A stretch of 64,000 nucleotides of DNA from Granulicella sp. (GCA_027339965.1 DAHWNL010000051.1:11146-75145); one strand, 5' to 3'; shown: positions 42,440 through 52,266, counted from the stretch's first letter. The notes: a model not told the origin generated them from the letters alone. Translations and numbers: made by a program.

Positions 42440-43588
42440 TCATTCCCAGGTCAGGGAGCCGCCGTTCTGGTACTCGATCACGCGGGTCTCAAAGAAGTTC
42501 TTCTCCTTCTTCAGATCCATGGCCTCTGACATCCACGGGAACGGATTCTCCGTCACGGTAAAGACCGGCTCCAGGCCCAACTGAGCGCAACGCCGGTTGG
42601 CGATAAAGTGCATATATTGTTCGCACAGGCCGGCGCTCAAGCCAAGAAGCCCGTTCGGCATCGTATCCCGTGCATAAGCCGCCTCCAGCTCCGCCGCAGA
42701 GCGCAGCATCTGGCGCACCTCCTGCTGAAACTCCTGGCTCCAGAGATGGGGGTTCTCGATCTTGATCTGGTTGATCACATCCACTCCGAAGTTCAGGTGA
42801 ATCGACTCGTCGCGCAGGATGTACTGATACTGTTCAGCAACTCCCACCATCTTGTTGCGCCGGCCGAGCGATAGAATCTGCGCAAACCCGGTGTAAAACC
42901 AGACCCCCTCGAAGACCACATAGAAGGCAATCAGATCCCGCAGGAACGCCTGATCCGCGGCGCGCGTTCCGGTCTGAAAGGAAGGATCGCTAAGGTTTTG
43001 CGTATATTCAAGCGCCCAGGCAGCCTTCTGCGTGATCGAGGGAACCTCGCGGTACATATTGAACAGCTCGCCCTCATCCAGACCCAGACTTTCCACGATG
43101 TACTGGAAGGTGTGGGTATGCACTGCCTCCTCAAAGGCCTGGCGCAACAGATACTGCCGACACTCGGGGTTGGTAAGATGCCGGTAGATGGCCAGCACAA
43201 TGTTGTTGGCCACCAGGGACTCCGAGGCAGCAAAGAAGCCCAGGTTCCGTTTGATGACGTGGCGCTCTTCGGCCGTCAGCCCCTCTGCGCTCTTCCAGAG
43301 CGCGATATCGGCCTGCATGGAAACCTCGGTCGGCATCCAGTGGTTGTTGCATGCGGAGAGATATTTCTCCCACGCCCAGCGATACTTCAACGGCAGCAGT
43401 TGATTGACGTCGGCATGGCAGTTGATCATCGCCTTGTCGTCCACCCGTACCCGCGCGGCGCCGCGCGCAATCTTGCCCAGGCCGGTGCTGTCCGCCTCCT
43501 CCTTCACGCCGGGCGGAGTCAGCACAAGCTGCGCCGGCATCTCCTCTTCGAGCTCTGTCCAGTCCAGCATCTCTTCTCCTTTTGTCAT
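42440..43588 (-). CDS. nrdB: Ribonucleotide reductase beta subunit with class Ic (R2c) signature
   Basis: [47 protein letters not shown]; start may be 43570. Confidence 0.93.
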   Translation of the reverse strand: MTKGEEMLDWTELEEEMPAQLVLTPPGVKEEADSTGLGKIARGAARVRVDDKAMINCHADVNQLLPLKYRWAWEKYLSACNNHWMPTEVSMQADIALWKSAEGLTAEERHVIKRNLGFFAASESLVANNIVLAIYRHLTNPECRQYLLRQAFEEAVHTHTFQYIVESLGLDEGELFNMYREVPSITQKAAWALEYTQNLSDPSFQTGTRAADQAFLRDLIAFYVVFEGVWFYTGFAQILSLGRRNKMVGVAEQYQYILRDESIHLNFGVDVINQIKIENPHLWSQEFQQEVRQMLRSAAELEAAYARDTMPNGLLGLSAGLCEQYMHFIANRRCAQLGLEPVFTVTENPFPWMSEAMDLKKEKNFFETRVIEYQNGGSLTWE

Positions 43589-43599
43589 GGGTTAGCCCG

Positions 43600-46455
43600 C
43601 TACTGGCAAGCCTCACAGGTTGGATCGTTGATGGCGCACGTCCTGCCGGCAGCCATCTCCACCTGTACCGCATTCAACTTGCCATCGGTACCCTTCAGCG
43701 TGGAGCGCTCCACGTGCGTGGCGCTGCGCGAGCGCAGATAATACGTGGTCTTCAAGCCAGAGCGCCACGCCTGCCGATAGAGGGCGTCGAGCTTCTTCCC
43801 ACTCGGCTCCGCGATGTAGAGATTCAGCGACTGGGCCTGATCAATCCACTTCTGCCGCCGCGCCGCCGCCTGGATCAGCCAGGTTGGCTCAATTTCGAAG
43901 GCTGTGGCGTACAACTGCTTGAGATCTTCCGGCACCCGATCGATCGAGCCCAGCGAGCCGTCGAAGTACTTCAGATCGCTGACCATCACCTCATCCCAGA
44001 GCCCCCGCCGCTTCAGGTCGTAGACCAACGCCGCATTCACCACGGTGAAGTCGCCGGACATGTTCGATTTCACAAATAGATTCTGATACGCCGGTTCAAT
44101 CGACTGGGTCACACCGCAGATGTTGGCAATCGTCGCTGTAGGGGCAATCGCCATTGTGTTGGAGTTACGCATACCCACAGCCTTTACCCGCTCCCGCAGC
44201 CCAGGCCAATCCAGCCGCTCCGTGCGGTCGCACTCGAGCGTATGGCTGCGGTGCTCCTGCAACAGCTCGAGCGAATCGATCGGCAGCACGCCTTGACTCC
44301 ATAGCGAGCCCTCGAAGCTGGCATAGCGCCCCCGCTCAGCAGCCAGATCCACAGAGGCGGAGATAGCGGAGTAGCTGATCTGCTCCATACTCTCGTCGGC
44401 GAACTCTACGGCGGCCTTGGAGGCATAAGGAATCCGCAAGGTGTAAAGCGCATCCTGGAAGCCCATCACGCCCAGGCCGACCGGCCGATGGCGCAGATTG
44501 GAGCGCCGCGCCTCCGGTACGGTGTAGAAGTTGATGTCAATGACGTTGTCCAGCATCCGCATCGCCGTCCTCACCGTTTTTCTGAGCCGAACCTCATCGA
44601 GGCCGTCGGGCGTCACGTGACGAGCCAGATTGATGGAGCCTAGGTTGCACACCGCAATCTCCTGCTGGCTCGTGTTCAGCGTGATCTCCGTGCAAAGATT
44701 GGAAGAGTGCACGACTCCTGCATGTTGCTGCGGCGAACGCAGGTTGCAGGGATCCTTGAAGGTGATCCAGGGGTGCCCGGTCTCGAAGAGCATGGTGAGC
44801 ATTTTGCGCCACAGGTCCACTGCGCGCAGCGTGCGCGTCACCTTCATCTCTCCGCGCAGCGCCTTGGCCTCATAGAAGCTGTATCTCTCCGCAAACGCCT
44901 TGCCGTAGAGGTCATGCAGGTCCGGAGCTTCATCGGGCGAGAACAACGTCCAGGAGCCGTCCTGTTCCACGCGTTCCAGAAACAGGTCCGGGATCCAGTT
45001 GGCCGTGTTCATGTCATGCGTGCGCCGCCGGTCGTCGCCAGTATTCTTGCGCAGATCCAGAAACTCCTCGATGTCGATGTGCCAGGTCTCCAGGTAGCCG
45101 CAGACGGCGCCTTTGCGCTTGCCTCCCTGGTTCACGGCGATGGCTGTATCGTTGGCCACCTTCAGGAAAGGCACCACGCCCTGTGACTGCCCATTGGTTC
45201 CGCGAATGTGCGCTCCCAAGCCACGTACCCGGCTCCAGTCATTGCCCAGCCCGCCGGAGTACTTCGCCAGCAGGGCGTTGTCCTTGATCGCCTTGAAGAT
45301 GTCCTCCAAATCGTCGCTGATGGTGGTGAGAAAGCAGGAGGAGAGCTGCGGACGAAGGGTTCCGGCATTGAACAGCGTGGGCGTGGAGCACATGAAATCA
45401 AATGAAGAGAGAATCTCGTAGAACTCCAGCGCCCGCTGATCGCGGTCGATCTCCCGTATCGCCAAGCCCATGGCCACACGCATGAAGAAAGCCTGCGGCA
45501 GCTCGTAACGCACGCCCTGATGATGCAGGAAGTAGCGGTCATAGAGGGTCTGCAGTCCCAGCAGTTGAAAGTTGCGATCCCGGTCCGCATCCAGCGCCCG
45601 GCTGATGCGATCCAGATCGAAGCTCCCCATCTCCTCCTCCAGCATCTCCAGTTCGATGCCGCGCCGGATGAACTCGGGAAAGTACTCGGCATATTCCAGC
45701 GGCCGCTGTGCAGACTTTGTGCCTGCGGTCTGCGGGAACAGAAAGTTCATCGCTTCGTCGCGCAACAGATTCAGAAGCAGGCGAGCGCTGACGTATGCAT
45801 AGTTCGGCTCCTGCTCCACCAGGGTTCGCGCAGCCATGGTCTGCGCCAGGCCCAACTCGCGCATCTGGATGCCGTCGTAAAGGCTTCGACGCACCTCAGC
45901 CATCACACTCTCCGCGGAGACGCCCTCCAGCCCTAGACAAGCGTCGGTGATCTCTCTCCGCAGCCGCGTCTCATCGATTGGCTCCAGCCGTCCATCCGAA
46001 GTACGCATCCTCCAATGCGGAGCCTGCGCCCCTACCGCCGGCTCATCGCGTTTGCGCCGCTCCTGCGCGCGTTCTTCGCGATACAGCACATAGGCGCGAG
46101 CCACCTTGTGCTCACCGCTGCGCATCAGCGCCAACTCTACCTGGTCCTGAATGTCTTCCAGATGAATCGGACGTCCGGGCTCTGCCCGCCGGCTCAGCGC
46201 TTGCACCACCTGCGACGTCAAAGCCTCCACGGCAGCTCGGATCCTGCGCGAAGCTCCTGCCTCCGCTCCCTCCACCGCAACAAACGCCTTGGTGATCGCG
46301 AGTGTGATCTTGTTGGCGTCAAAGGGAGAAAACGCGCCGTTGCGGTTGATCACCTGAATCTCCTTCGCCGCCGTGGCGCGCAAACCCTGGCGGTCGGAAA
46401 GCTCAAGCGGGACAGGCAGATTCTGGGTTGCAAACTCATGCGGCAGCGTGGCCAT
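43600..46455 (-). CDS. nrdA: Ribonucleotide reductase alpha subunit with two N-terminal ATP-cone-like domains
   Basis: STPTLFNAG, SSCFL, SNLCTEI, VCNLGS, TYYLR, C-terminal CEACQ; ATG 46455 follows AAGGAG. Confidence 0.95.
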   Translation of the reverse strand: MATLPHEFATQNLPVPLELSDRQGLRATAAKEIQVINRNGAFSPFDANKITLAITKAFVAVEGAEAGASRRIRAAVEALTSQVVQALSRRAEPGRPIHLEDIQDQVELALMRSGEHKVARAYVLYREERAQERRKRDEPAVGAQAPHWRMRTSDGRLEPIDETRLRREITDACLGLEGVSAESVMAEVRRSLYDGIQMRELGLAQTMAARTLVEQEPNYAYVSARLLLNLLRDEAMNFLFPQTAGTKSAQRPLEYAEYFPEFIRRGIELEMLEEEMGSFDLDRISRALDADRDRNFQLLGLQTLYDRYFLHHQGVRYELPQAFFMRVAMGLAIREIDRDQRALEFYEILSSFDFMCSTPTLFNAGTLRPQLSSCFLTTISDDLEDIFKAIKDNALLAKYSGGLGNDWSRVRGLGAHIRGTNGQSQGVVPFLKVANDTAIAVNQGGKRKGAVCGYLETWHIDIEEFLDLRKNTGDDRRRTHDMNTANWIPDLFLERVEQDGSWTLFSPDEAPDLHDLYGKAFAERYSFYEAKALRGEMKVTRTLRAVDLWRKMLTMLFETGHPWITFKDPCNLRSPQQHAGVVHSSNLCTEITLNTSQQEIAVCNLGSINLARHVTPDGLDEVRLRKTVRTAMRMLDNVIDINFYTVPEARRSNLRHRPVGLGVMGFQDALYTLRIPYASKAAVEFADESMEQISYSAISASVDLAAERGRYASFEGSLWSQGVLPIDSLELLQEHRSHTLECDRTERLDWPGLRERVKAVGMRNSNTMAIAPTATIANICGVTQSIEPAYQNLFVKSNMSGDFTVVNAALVYDLKRRGLWDEVMVSDLKYFDGSLGSIDRVPEDLKQLYATAFEIEPTWLIQAAARRQKWIDQAQSLNLYIAEPSGKKLDALYRQAWRSGLKTTYYLRSRSATHVERSTLKGTDGKLNAVQVEMAAGRTCAINDPTCEACQ

Positions 46456-46569
46456 AGACGATCTCCTTATGGCCTCACGGAGCGATGCGAAGAAACAGCG
46501 GATGGACTCCGACTTGACGGAGACGGTCCCTGCCACCTCGCCTCCCCTCGGAGGCGTCAGCGAATGTTC

Positions 46570-46732
46570 CTTGGCAGGTCTTCGGACTCACAGGCTCTGC
46601 CTACTCGCCGGACTTCCCAGGCCAACAGCCCAGTGTCGTTTCGGCTTTCGTACCTGCTCACCGCTGCGGGGCAGTTCCGGTCTCTCACCGGATTCCCTTT
46701 TCATCCTCTTTGCAGAGGAACCGAGGAATTTG
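46570..46732 (-). promoter_or_regulatory. Cobalamin (AdoCbl) riboswitch upstream of nrdAB
   Basis: Minus strand: GGTT..AAAAGGGAATCCGGTGAGAGACCGGAACTGCCCCGCAGCGGT..CACTGGG..GGGAAG..GAGTCCGAAGACCTGCC. Confidence 0.93.
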
Positions 46733-46733
46733 A

Positions 46734-46779
46734 CCACTATATCTTGAGCAGTTGCGAATTGCAATTCTACCCATTGCGT
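46734..46779. promoter_or_regulatory. Tandem NrdR boxes (strong 46734-46749, weak 46764-46779)
   Basis: ccaCtAtATcTtGagc and attCtAcccaTtGcgt versus consensus acaCwAtATaTwGtgt, 30 bp apart, at the nrdAB promoter. Confidence 0.65.
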
Positions 46780-47374
46780 CCTCTGTGCAGATTCGGCCCC
46801 AAAAGCGGAATCCCTCTTCGAGGCCCCATTCGGCCCTCGGGCCATTGGCCGGAGGACTTCGCGGCATGGAGGCCACGGGCCAGCGTTTATCGTCTGGCGC
46901 GGTGACTCCAGCAACCGGTGTACGAACTTCTGATGAGGGTGGCTGATGGGTCAAACCGCCGCGTCATGGACGCATCATCATGGACGCATCATCGGGAGTC
47001 TACGGGCAAAGATAGCTCGAAGAGGCCATTCACTCCCCGTCTCCAGGACAAGTTCGATGCCAAACGCGGTCTTCCCCCACTGCAAACAACCCGTTTCGAG
47101 GTCGACCCCTGAGGGTTTCACGGCGTCCACGCTTCCGGAGGTCGGGTTTGCGGTGCTTTTCCGGGCGCGGGTGAGGCCGGCCATTGGGAGGGAAGAAGAC
47201 GTGATGGAGAACTTTGTTTGAAGGTGTTCCGGACCATCGCGGCGCCCGTCAACTTCACCCACGCGGCAGAAGGCGGGAACAGCACAAGAGAGACACAGGT
47301 TTGTGGGAGGCCCGCTCGATGGACTCCGCTGAAAACCTGAAACCTCTTCATTTCTTTAGGCTTATGGAAAGTTA

Positions 47375-47467
47375 TGGCGGAGAGTGGGGGATTCGAACCC
47401 CCGATAGAACTTTTGATCCTATAACGGTTTAGCAAACCGCCGCCTTCAGCCACTCGGCCAACTCTCC
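47375..47467 (-). tRNA. tRNA-Ser(GCT)
   Basis: GGAGAGTTGGCCGAGTGG..GCGGTTT-GCT-AAACCGT, long variable arm, GGTTCGAATCC, encoded CCA. Confidence 0.96.
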
Positions 47468-47802
47468 TGCGGGGTTGCTCTTGATTATAGCCCGTAACCA
47501 AACCTAGCGGTGAGCAGATCGGCGCGGAAATGGAGCCGCGAGGGAGAAGGCGCGGAGAGCCCGAAGCGACAAAGGTCAGGCAAAGCACGGATCGGATGGA
47601 TCCGAGCGCCAAGAGGCCGTTTCGCGATACAGTGCAAACAACCCTCTTGAATTCGCCGTGGACCATCCCGCCCCTGCGTTGCTCGCCCGTGACGCGAGAC
47701 CGTCCGCCGCAGAGTTCTCGGTGCAGGAGTCCCCTGAGGTTTGGAGCTTTCTGGGCGTCTCTCCAGAACCGCAGGCAGCCTGGAAGCCCACAGGCTGGGG
47801 AG

Positions 47803-49239
47803 GTGGTTCTGGCGAGGGAGGAGACGCCGCGAAGAGGCGCGTTGGGATCTCTTGATGCCCGTGCGGAGCGGGCGGCCCAACCACCGGCGGGGAGAGCGCC
47901 CGCCTTCCCGGGCGGCAGACGGATGCGCCTGTTGCCGCTGATGGGTGCAACCTACTTCATGGTGGCCGGAGGCCCGTATGGACTGGAAGACATCATCGGC
48001 AAGGCCGGCTACTGGCATGCCCTGCTGCTGCTCGCCGCCATCCCTTTTCTGTGGAGCGTGCCCACCGCGTTGATGGTCGGCGAGCTGGCCAGCTCCATCC
48101 CTGCTGAAGGCGGATTTTACGTCTGGGTCCGGCGCGCCATGGGTCCCTTCTGGGGCTTTCAGGAGGCCTGGCTCTCGCTGGCCGCCAGCGTTTTTGATAT
48201 GGCTCTTTATCCGACTCTTTTCGTGCTCTACCTCGGCCGGATGGCCCCGTCCTGGGTGGCGGGATGGCGCGGCGCCGGGTGGGAGATCGCCGTGGTAGCC
48301 GGCTGCGCGCTCTGGAACCTGAGCGGCGCCCGTACGGTGGGACGCTCCTCGGTGGCGCTCTTCTGCGTCCTGCTCGCCCCGTTTGCCGTTCTGATTGCCG
48401 CCGGAGTGTGGGCCTGGCTGCGCGCCGTCCATGGCCCAGGCGCGGGCTTAGGTGCCGGCGCTCTGCTGCAACCGGTTCCCGCGCCGGACCTGACCGGAGC
48501 CGTCTCCGTAACGCTGTGGAACTACATGGGCTGGGACAACGCCAGCACCGTAGCGCAGGAGGTGGAGAACCCACAACGAAACTACCCTCGGGCGATGCTG
48601 GGAGCGGCGGGCTTGGTGGCCGCAACCTATATTCTGCCGCTGCTGGCCGTGGGTCTGGCTGGACTGGCTCCGGGCGAGTTCTCCACCGGGGCCTGGAGCA
48701 ATGCCGCGCTCGCCCTGGGCGGTCCTCTGCTGGCGCTGGGCATCGTGGCCGGAGGCATGATCAACGGTGTGGGCATGTTCAATCCGCTGATGATGAGCTA
48801 CTCCCGGCTGCCCTTTATCATGGCCGAAGAGGGTCAGGCTCCAAGCGTGCTCCTGCGGCAGAACCGGAGAGGCGTTCCCTGGGTAAGTGTGGCGGCCTGC
48901 GCGGTGATCTGGGCTCTGGCTCTGGGTTTCAGCTTCGAGCGCCTGATCTCCATCGACCTGGTGCTCTATGGAGCTTCTCTGCTGCTGGAGTTTGCCGCGC
49001 TGGCCATTCTACGCATGCGAGAGCCCAACCTGCCGCGGCCCTTTCGTGTGCCTGGAGGAACAGCAGCCGCCGTTGCTCTGGGCATCGCCCCCGCCGTCCT
49101 GATCGCCTATGCCATGTGGGCTGCGCGCGATGAACGGATTCTGGGCATGAGCGCTCTGTTGTTTGCCGCCCTGGTTGGCCTGCTTGGAGCGGCGCTGTAT
49201 CACCTGCAGACCCGCTGGAAACGACGGGCCGAGTCGTGA
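47803..49239 (+). CDS. APC-family amino acid/polyamine permease
   Basis: VAGGPYGLED, EGGFYVWV, WNYMGWDN, YSRLP, RPFRVP; start uncertain (GTG 47803 or ATG 47923). Confidence 0.85.
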   Translation: MVLAREETPRRGALGSLDARAERAAQPPAGRAPAFPGGRRMRLLPLMGATYFMVAGGPYGLEDIIGKAGYWHALLLLAAIPFLWSVPTALMVGELASSIPAEGGFYVWVRRAMGPFWGFQEAWLSLAASVFDMALYPTLFVLYLGRMAPSWVAGWRGAGWEIAVVAGCALWNLSGARTVGRSSVALFCVLLAPFAVLIAAGVWAWLRAVHGPGAGLGAGALLQPVPAPDLTGAVSVTLWNYMGWDNASTVAQEVENPQRNYPRAMLGAAGLVAATYILPLLAVGLAGLAPGEFSTGAWSNAALALGGPLLALGIVAGGMINGVGMFNPLMMSYSRLPFIMAEEGQAPSVLLRQNRRGVPWVSVAACAVIWALALGFSFERLISIDLVLYGASLLLEFAALAILRMREPNLPRPFRVPGGTAAAVALGIAPAVLIAYAMWAARDERILGMSALLFAALVGLLGAALYHLQTRWKRRAES

Positions 49240-49287
49240 GTGCTTACGAGGGTGGCAGCGGAGCGAGATGGCGATGTTCCGCCACTG

Positions 49288-50952
49288 CTAACCCAGGATC
49301 GCCGCCAGATCCTTCTCCGGCGTGGTGATGGCCATCAGGTTGTACTTCTCCTGCAGCAGCGCCAGCACGCCCGGCGACAAGAACGCCGGCAACGTAGGTC
49401 CGATGCGCATGTTCTTGACCCCCAGGTGCAGCAGGGTGAGCAGGATGGCCACAGCCTTCTGCTCATACCAGGAGAGCACCAGCGAAAGCGGCAGATCATT
49501 CACTCCGCAGTCAAACGCCTTGGCCAGCGCCAGAGCCACCTGCAGCGCCGAGTAGGTGTCATTGCACTGCCCCATGTCCAGCAGCCGCGGCAGGCCGCCA
49601 ATTTGGCCGAACTCCAGCTTGTTGAAGCGGTACTTGCCGCAGGCCAGCGTAAGGATCATGCAGTCGTTGGGCACGGAGGCAGCCAGTTCCGTATAGTAGC
49701 TGCGCTGCGAGCGAGCGCCGTCGCATCCGCCGATGAGGAAGAGGTGGCGGATGGCGCCGGACTTGACCGCCTCGACCACCTTGTCGGCGAGGCCCAGGAC
49801 CGCATCATGGCCGAAGCCGACGGTAATCTCCTCATCGCCTCCGTCTTCGGCAAAGCCTGGAGCCTTCAGCGCGGCGCGGATCACCGGATCAAACCTCTGA
49901 CCCTCTACGTGCGGAACGCCGGGCCACTGCACGACACCGGTGGTGAAGATTCTGTCCTGGTAGGTGAGCAGAGGCTTCTGGATACAGTTGGAGGTCATCA
50001 GAATGGCGCCGGGAAAGGCATCAAACTCCGCCGCTTGATCCATCCAGGCGCCGCCGTAGTTGCCCGCCAGATGCGGAAACCTCTTCAGCTTGGGATAGCC
50101 GTGAGCCGGCAGCATCTCGCCGTGCGTGTAGACCTGAATGCCCAGCCCCTCAGTCTGCTGCAGCAGAGCGTAGAGGTCGTGCAAATCATGGCCGGAGACC
50201 AGGATCGCCTTGCCCTTGCGCGCGCCCAGCCGCACCCGGGTGGGCTGCGGATGCCCGAAGGTGTCCGTGTGCGCCTTGTCCAGAATCTCCATCACGCGGT
50301 AGTTGAGCTCGCCGACGCTGAGCGCAAGGGCCAACAACTCCGCGGTGCTCGGCGCGTGGTGGGTGAGAGTGTTCAAGACCTCATGGATCTTGCCATAGGA
50401 GACCGGGTCGCCGGCGCCCAGCGCGAGAGCATGCACGGCGTAGGCGGCCACGCCCTTGAGGCCATAGAGCACCAGCTCCTGGAGGTCCGCAATCTCGCGG
50501 CCCTCCTCCAGCATCCGCGCCGGAAGCACCACCTGCTTGCTCTGCGCAATCAACTCATCCCGCCGGGTAGCCGGCTGCCAGACCGCGGCCCCGCCAAACT
50601 CCTGCGCCGCCACCCCGCTCTCCATCGCCGCGCGCTCATAGATGCAGCGCGCAGCCGCCCGCATCGCCACCGCCTCCTCAATAAGGCGAGCCAAAGCGTC
50701 AACGTCAAAGTTTACGTTGGTCAGTGTGGCAAATAGCGCCCGGATGGTGAAGGCGTCCACCTCTGGATCACACACCCTCAAGGCCTTGTTTGCCGCTCCC
50801 AGCAGACGCGCGTGGTGCGCGTAGATGGAGATTCCCTTGACGATGTGCAGCAGAACGTCCTGCAACGCTGCTGCGTCCTCATCTTTGCCACAGACACCCT
50901 GTGTCTGGCAGGCTACCCCTGCGGAAGTCTGTTCACACTGATAACAAAACAT
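49288..50952 (-). CDS. hcp: Hybrid cluster protein (hydroxylamine/NO reductase)
   Basis: MFCYQCEQT..C...GVCGK, SGHD, THGEM, TSNC, GGCDG, LACGK, GQCND, WYEQKA. Confidence 0.96.
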   Translation of the reverse strand: MFCYQCEQTSAGVACQTQGVCGKDEDAAALQDVLLHIVKGISIYAHHARLLGAANKALRVCDPEVDAFTIRALFATLTNVNFDVDALARLIEEAVAMRAAARCIYERAAMESGVAAQEFGGAAVWQPATRRDELIAQSKQVVLPARMLEEGREIADLQELVLYGLKGVAAYAVHALALGAGDPVSYGKIHEVLNTLTHHAPSTAELLALALSVGELNYRVMEILDKAHTDTFGHPQPTRVRLGARKGKAILVSGHDLHDLYALLQQTEGLGIQVYTHGEMLPAHGYPKLKRFPHLAGNYGGAWMDQAAEFDAFPGAILMTSNCIQKPLLTYQDRIFTTGVVQWPGVPHVEGQRFDPVIRAALKAPGFAEDGGDEEITVGFGHDAVLGLADKVVEAVKSGAIRHLFLIGGCDGARSQRSYYTELAASVPNDCMILTLACGKYRFNKLEFGQIGGLPRLLDMGQCNDTYSALQVALALAKAFDCGVNDLPLSLVLSWYEQKAVAILLTLLHLGVKNMRIGPTLPAFLSPGVLALLQEKYNLMAITTPEKDLAAILG

Positions 50953-51015
50953 TGCCGGTCTTCCTCCTTCGGATTCGTCCTACGAAGAAGGTTATGGATC
51001 CCGGCGGAGGACTGC

Positions 51016-51031
51016 AGCGACTGTGGTCACA
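51016..51031. promoter_or_regulatory. CRP/HcpR-type box near hcp
   Basis: AGCGA-ctgtgg-TCACA (TGTGA-N6-TCGCT on the minus strand). Confidence 0.5.
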
Positions 51032-51101
51032 TCACTGAAGGGCGGATGCCGGATCAATCTCTCCTCCCGGAAGATCCGGCGCACCCTGAAAACCCCTGGG
51101 G

Positions 51102-51117
51102 TGTGATTCAGATCGCA
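51102..51117. promoter_or_regulatory. CRP/HcpR-type box near ric
   Basis: TGTGA-ttcaga-TCGCA. Confidence 0.6.
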
Positions 51118-51151
51118 GCGGCCATCCCGATCCCGGCCTAAAGTTGAGTCC

Positions 51152-51952
51152 ATGGAACCCGCCACGCCACCCGCGATCGCGACCCAAACTCTGCGCAAGA
51201 TCGCTCTGGAGCAGCCCACTTCGATCCGAGTCTTTGAGCACTTGGGGATCGATTCCTGCTGTTGCGGCGACAAGTCACTGGCCGCGGCCTGCGCTGAGGC
51301 TCATCTGGACATCCGCGCGGTCCTGACGGCTCTTCGATTTGCAGCCGAACAGCCGCTCCTACCCACACCGGACTGGTCTAATGCCTCCATGGAACTGCTC
51401 TGCGCCCACATCGTGTTTAAACACCATGCCTACCTGCGGCGCGAACTTCCGCTGCTGATAGAGACTGCCAAAGGGCTTCTGAGCCGCCGCGGCCAAGCCC
51501 AGCCGGAGCTGGCCGGTATCCTGTCCACCCTGAGCCGGCTGGAGTTTGACCTGATCGAACATCTGTCCAAGGAAGAGACCGTCGTCTTCCCTTACATCGT
51601 CAGTCTGGAGAGAGCCGTGGACCGCTCTCTTTGGGAGTCTGAGCCGATTCCGATGAGTTGCTTCGGCTTTCTTTCCAAGCCGGTGGCCCTACTTTGCGGC
51701 GATCACGAGGCGATCCTCGACCATCTCTCCCGGATCCGCGACTGGAGTCACGGGTATACCCCACCACTCCGTTCATGTGAAACTTCGTGCTCCTTCTACA
51801 AGGAGCTGCACAACCTGGACGCGGACCTGCGCCAGCACCTCCACCTGGAGAACAACATTCTGTTTCCTCGCGCGGTACAGATGGAGACCGCTGAGGAGTT
51901 TGTGAGCAGTCATGCGGCCGGGAACGTGGCCACGGAGTTCTCCAGCCATTGA
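51152..51952 (+). CDS. ric: Repair-of-iron-centres di-iron protein (YtfE/ScdA/DnrN family)
   Basis: GIDSCCCG (ScdA_N-like), HHAYLRRELP, HLSKEE, DHE, HLHLENNILFP. Confidence 0.88.
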   Translation: MEPATPPAIATQTLRKIALEQPTSIRVFEHLGIDSCCCGDKSLAAACAEAHLDIRAVLTALRFAAEQPLLPTPDWSNASMELLCAHIVFKHHAYLRRELPLLIETAKGLLSRRGQAQPELAGILSTLSRLEFDLIEHLSKEETVVFPYIVSLERAVDRSLWESEPIPMSCFGFLSKPVALLCGDHEAILDHLSRIRDWSHGYTPPLRSCETSCSFYKELHNLDADLRQHLHLENNILFPRAVQMETAEEFVSSHAAGNVATEFSSH

Positions 51953-52150
51953 CCAACCGAACCCGAGCCCCTGCCCAAGGCCGGAGCAAGGGCCAGAAAG
52001 AGAGCCGGAAGAAGAGGCTCCCTTCACCCGGATGGACCAGCGAAATTGGCCAACGAAGCAGGCCAGCGAAAGTAGGGAAGTGAGCTGTTTTAAATCATCC
52101 TTCGAAAGGCTTTCCCATAAAGCGATGTCCACTTCAGCCATGTCTTCCGC

Positions 52151-52266
52151 TAAAGCGTTTGCAGTGCAGGTGTAACGCGACGCCTCGACCTCCATGGGCG
52201 TTTTCCCCAATGAAAACGCCACTGCACGCCCTCTCCGGTGTACCCAGCAACACTGAAAATGCTATA
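52151..52266 (-). mobile_element. MITE-like palindromic repeat, copy 3 (116 bp)
   Basis: TAAAGCGTTTGCAGTG...GGCGTTTTCCCCAATGAAAACGCC...CACTGAAAATGCTATA. Confidence 0.78.

Noticed and set aside
46456..46536. Longer nrdA start at 46536
   Set aside because: ATG 46455 has a clear AAGGAG Shine-Dalgarno; the extension lies in the riboswitch leader
47118..47666. 182-aa ORF as an integrase fragment
   Set aside because: Runs through the tRNA and has no R-H-R-Y motifs
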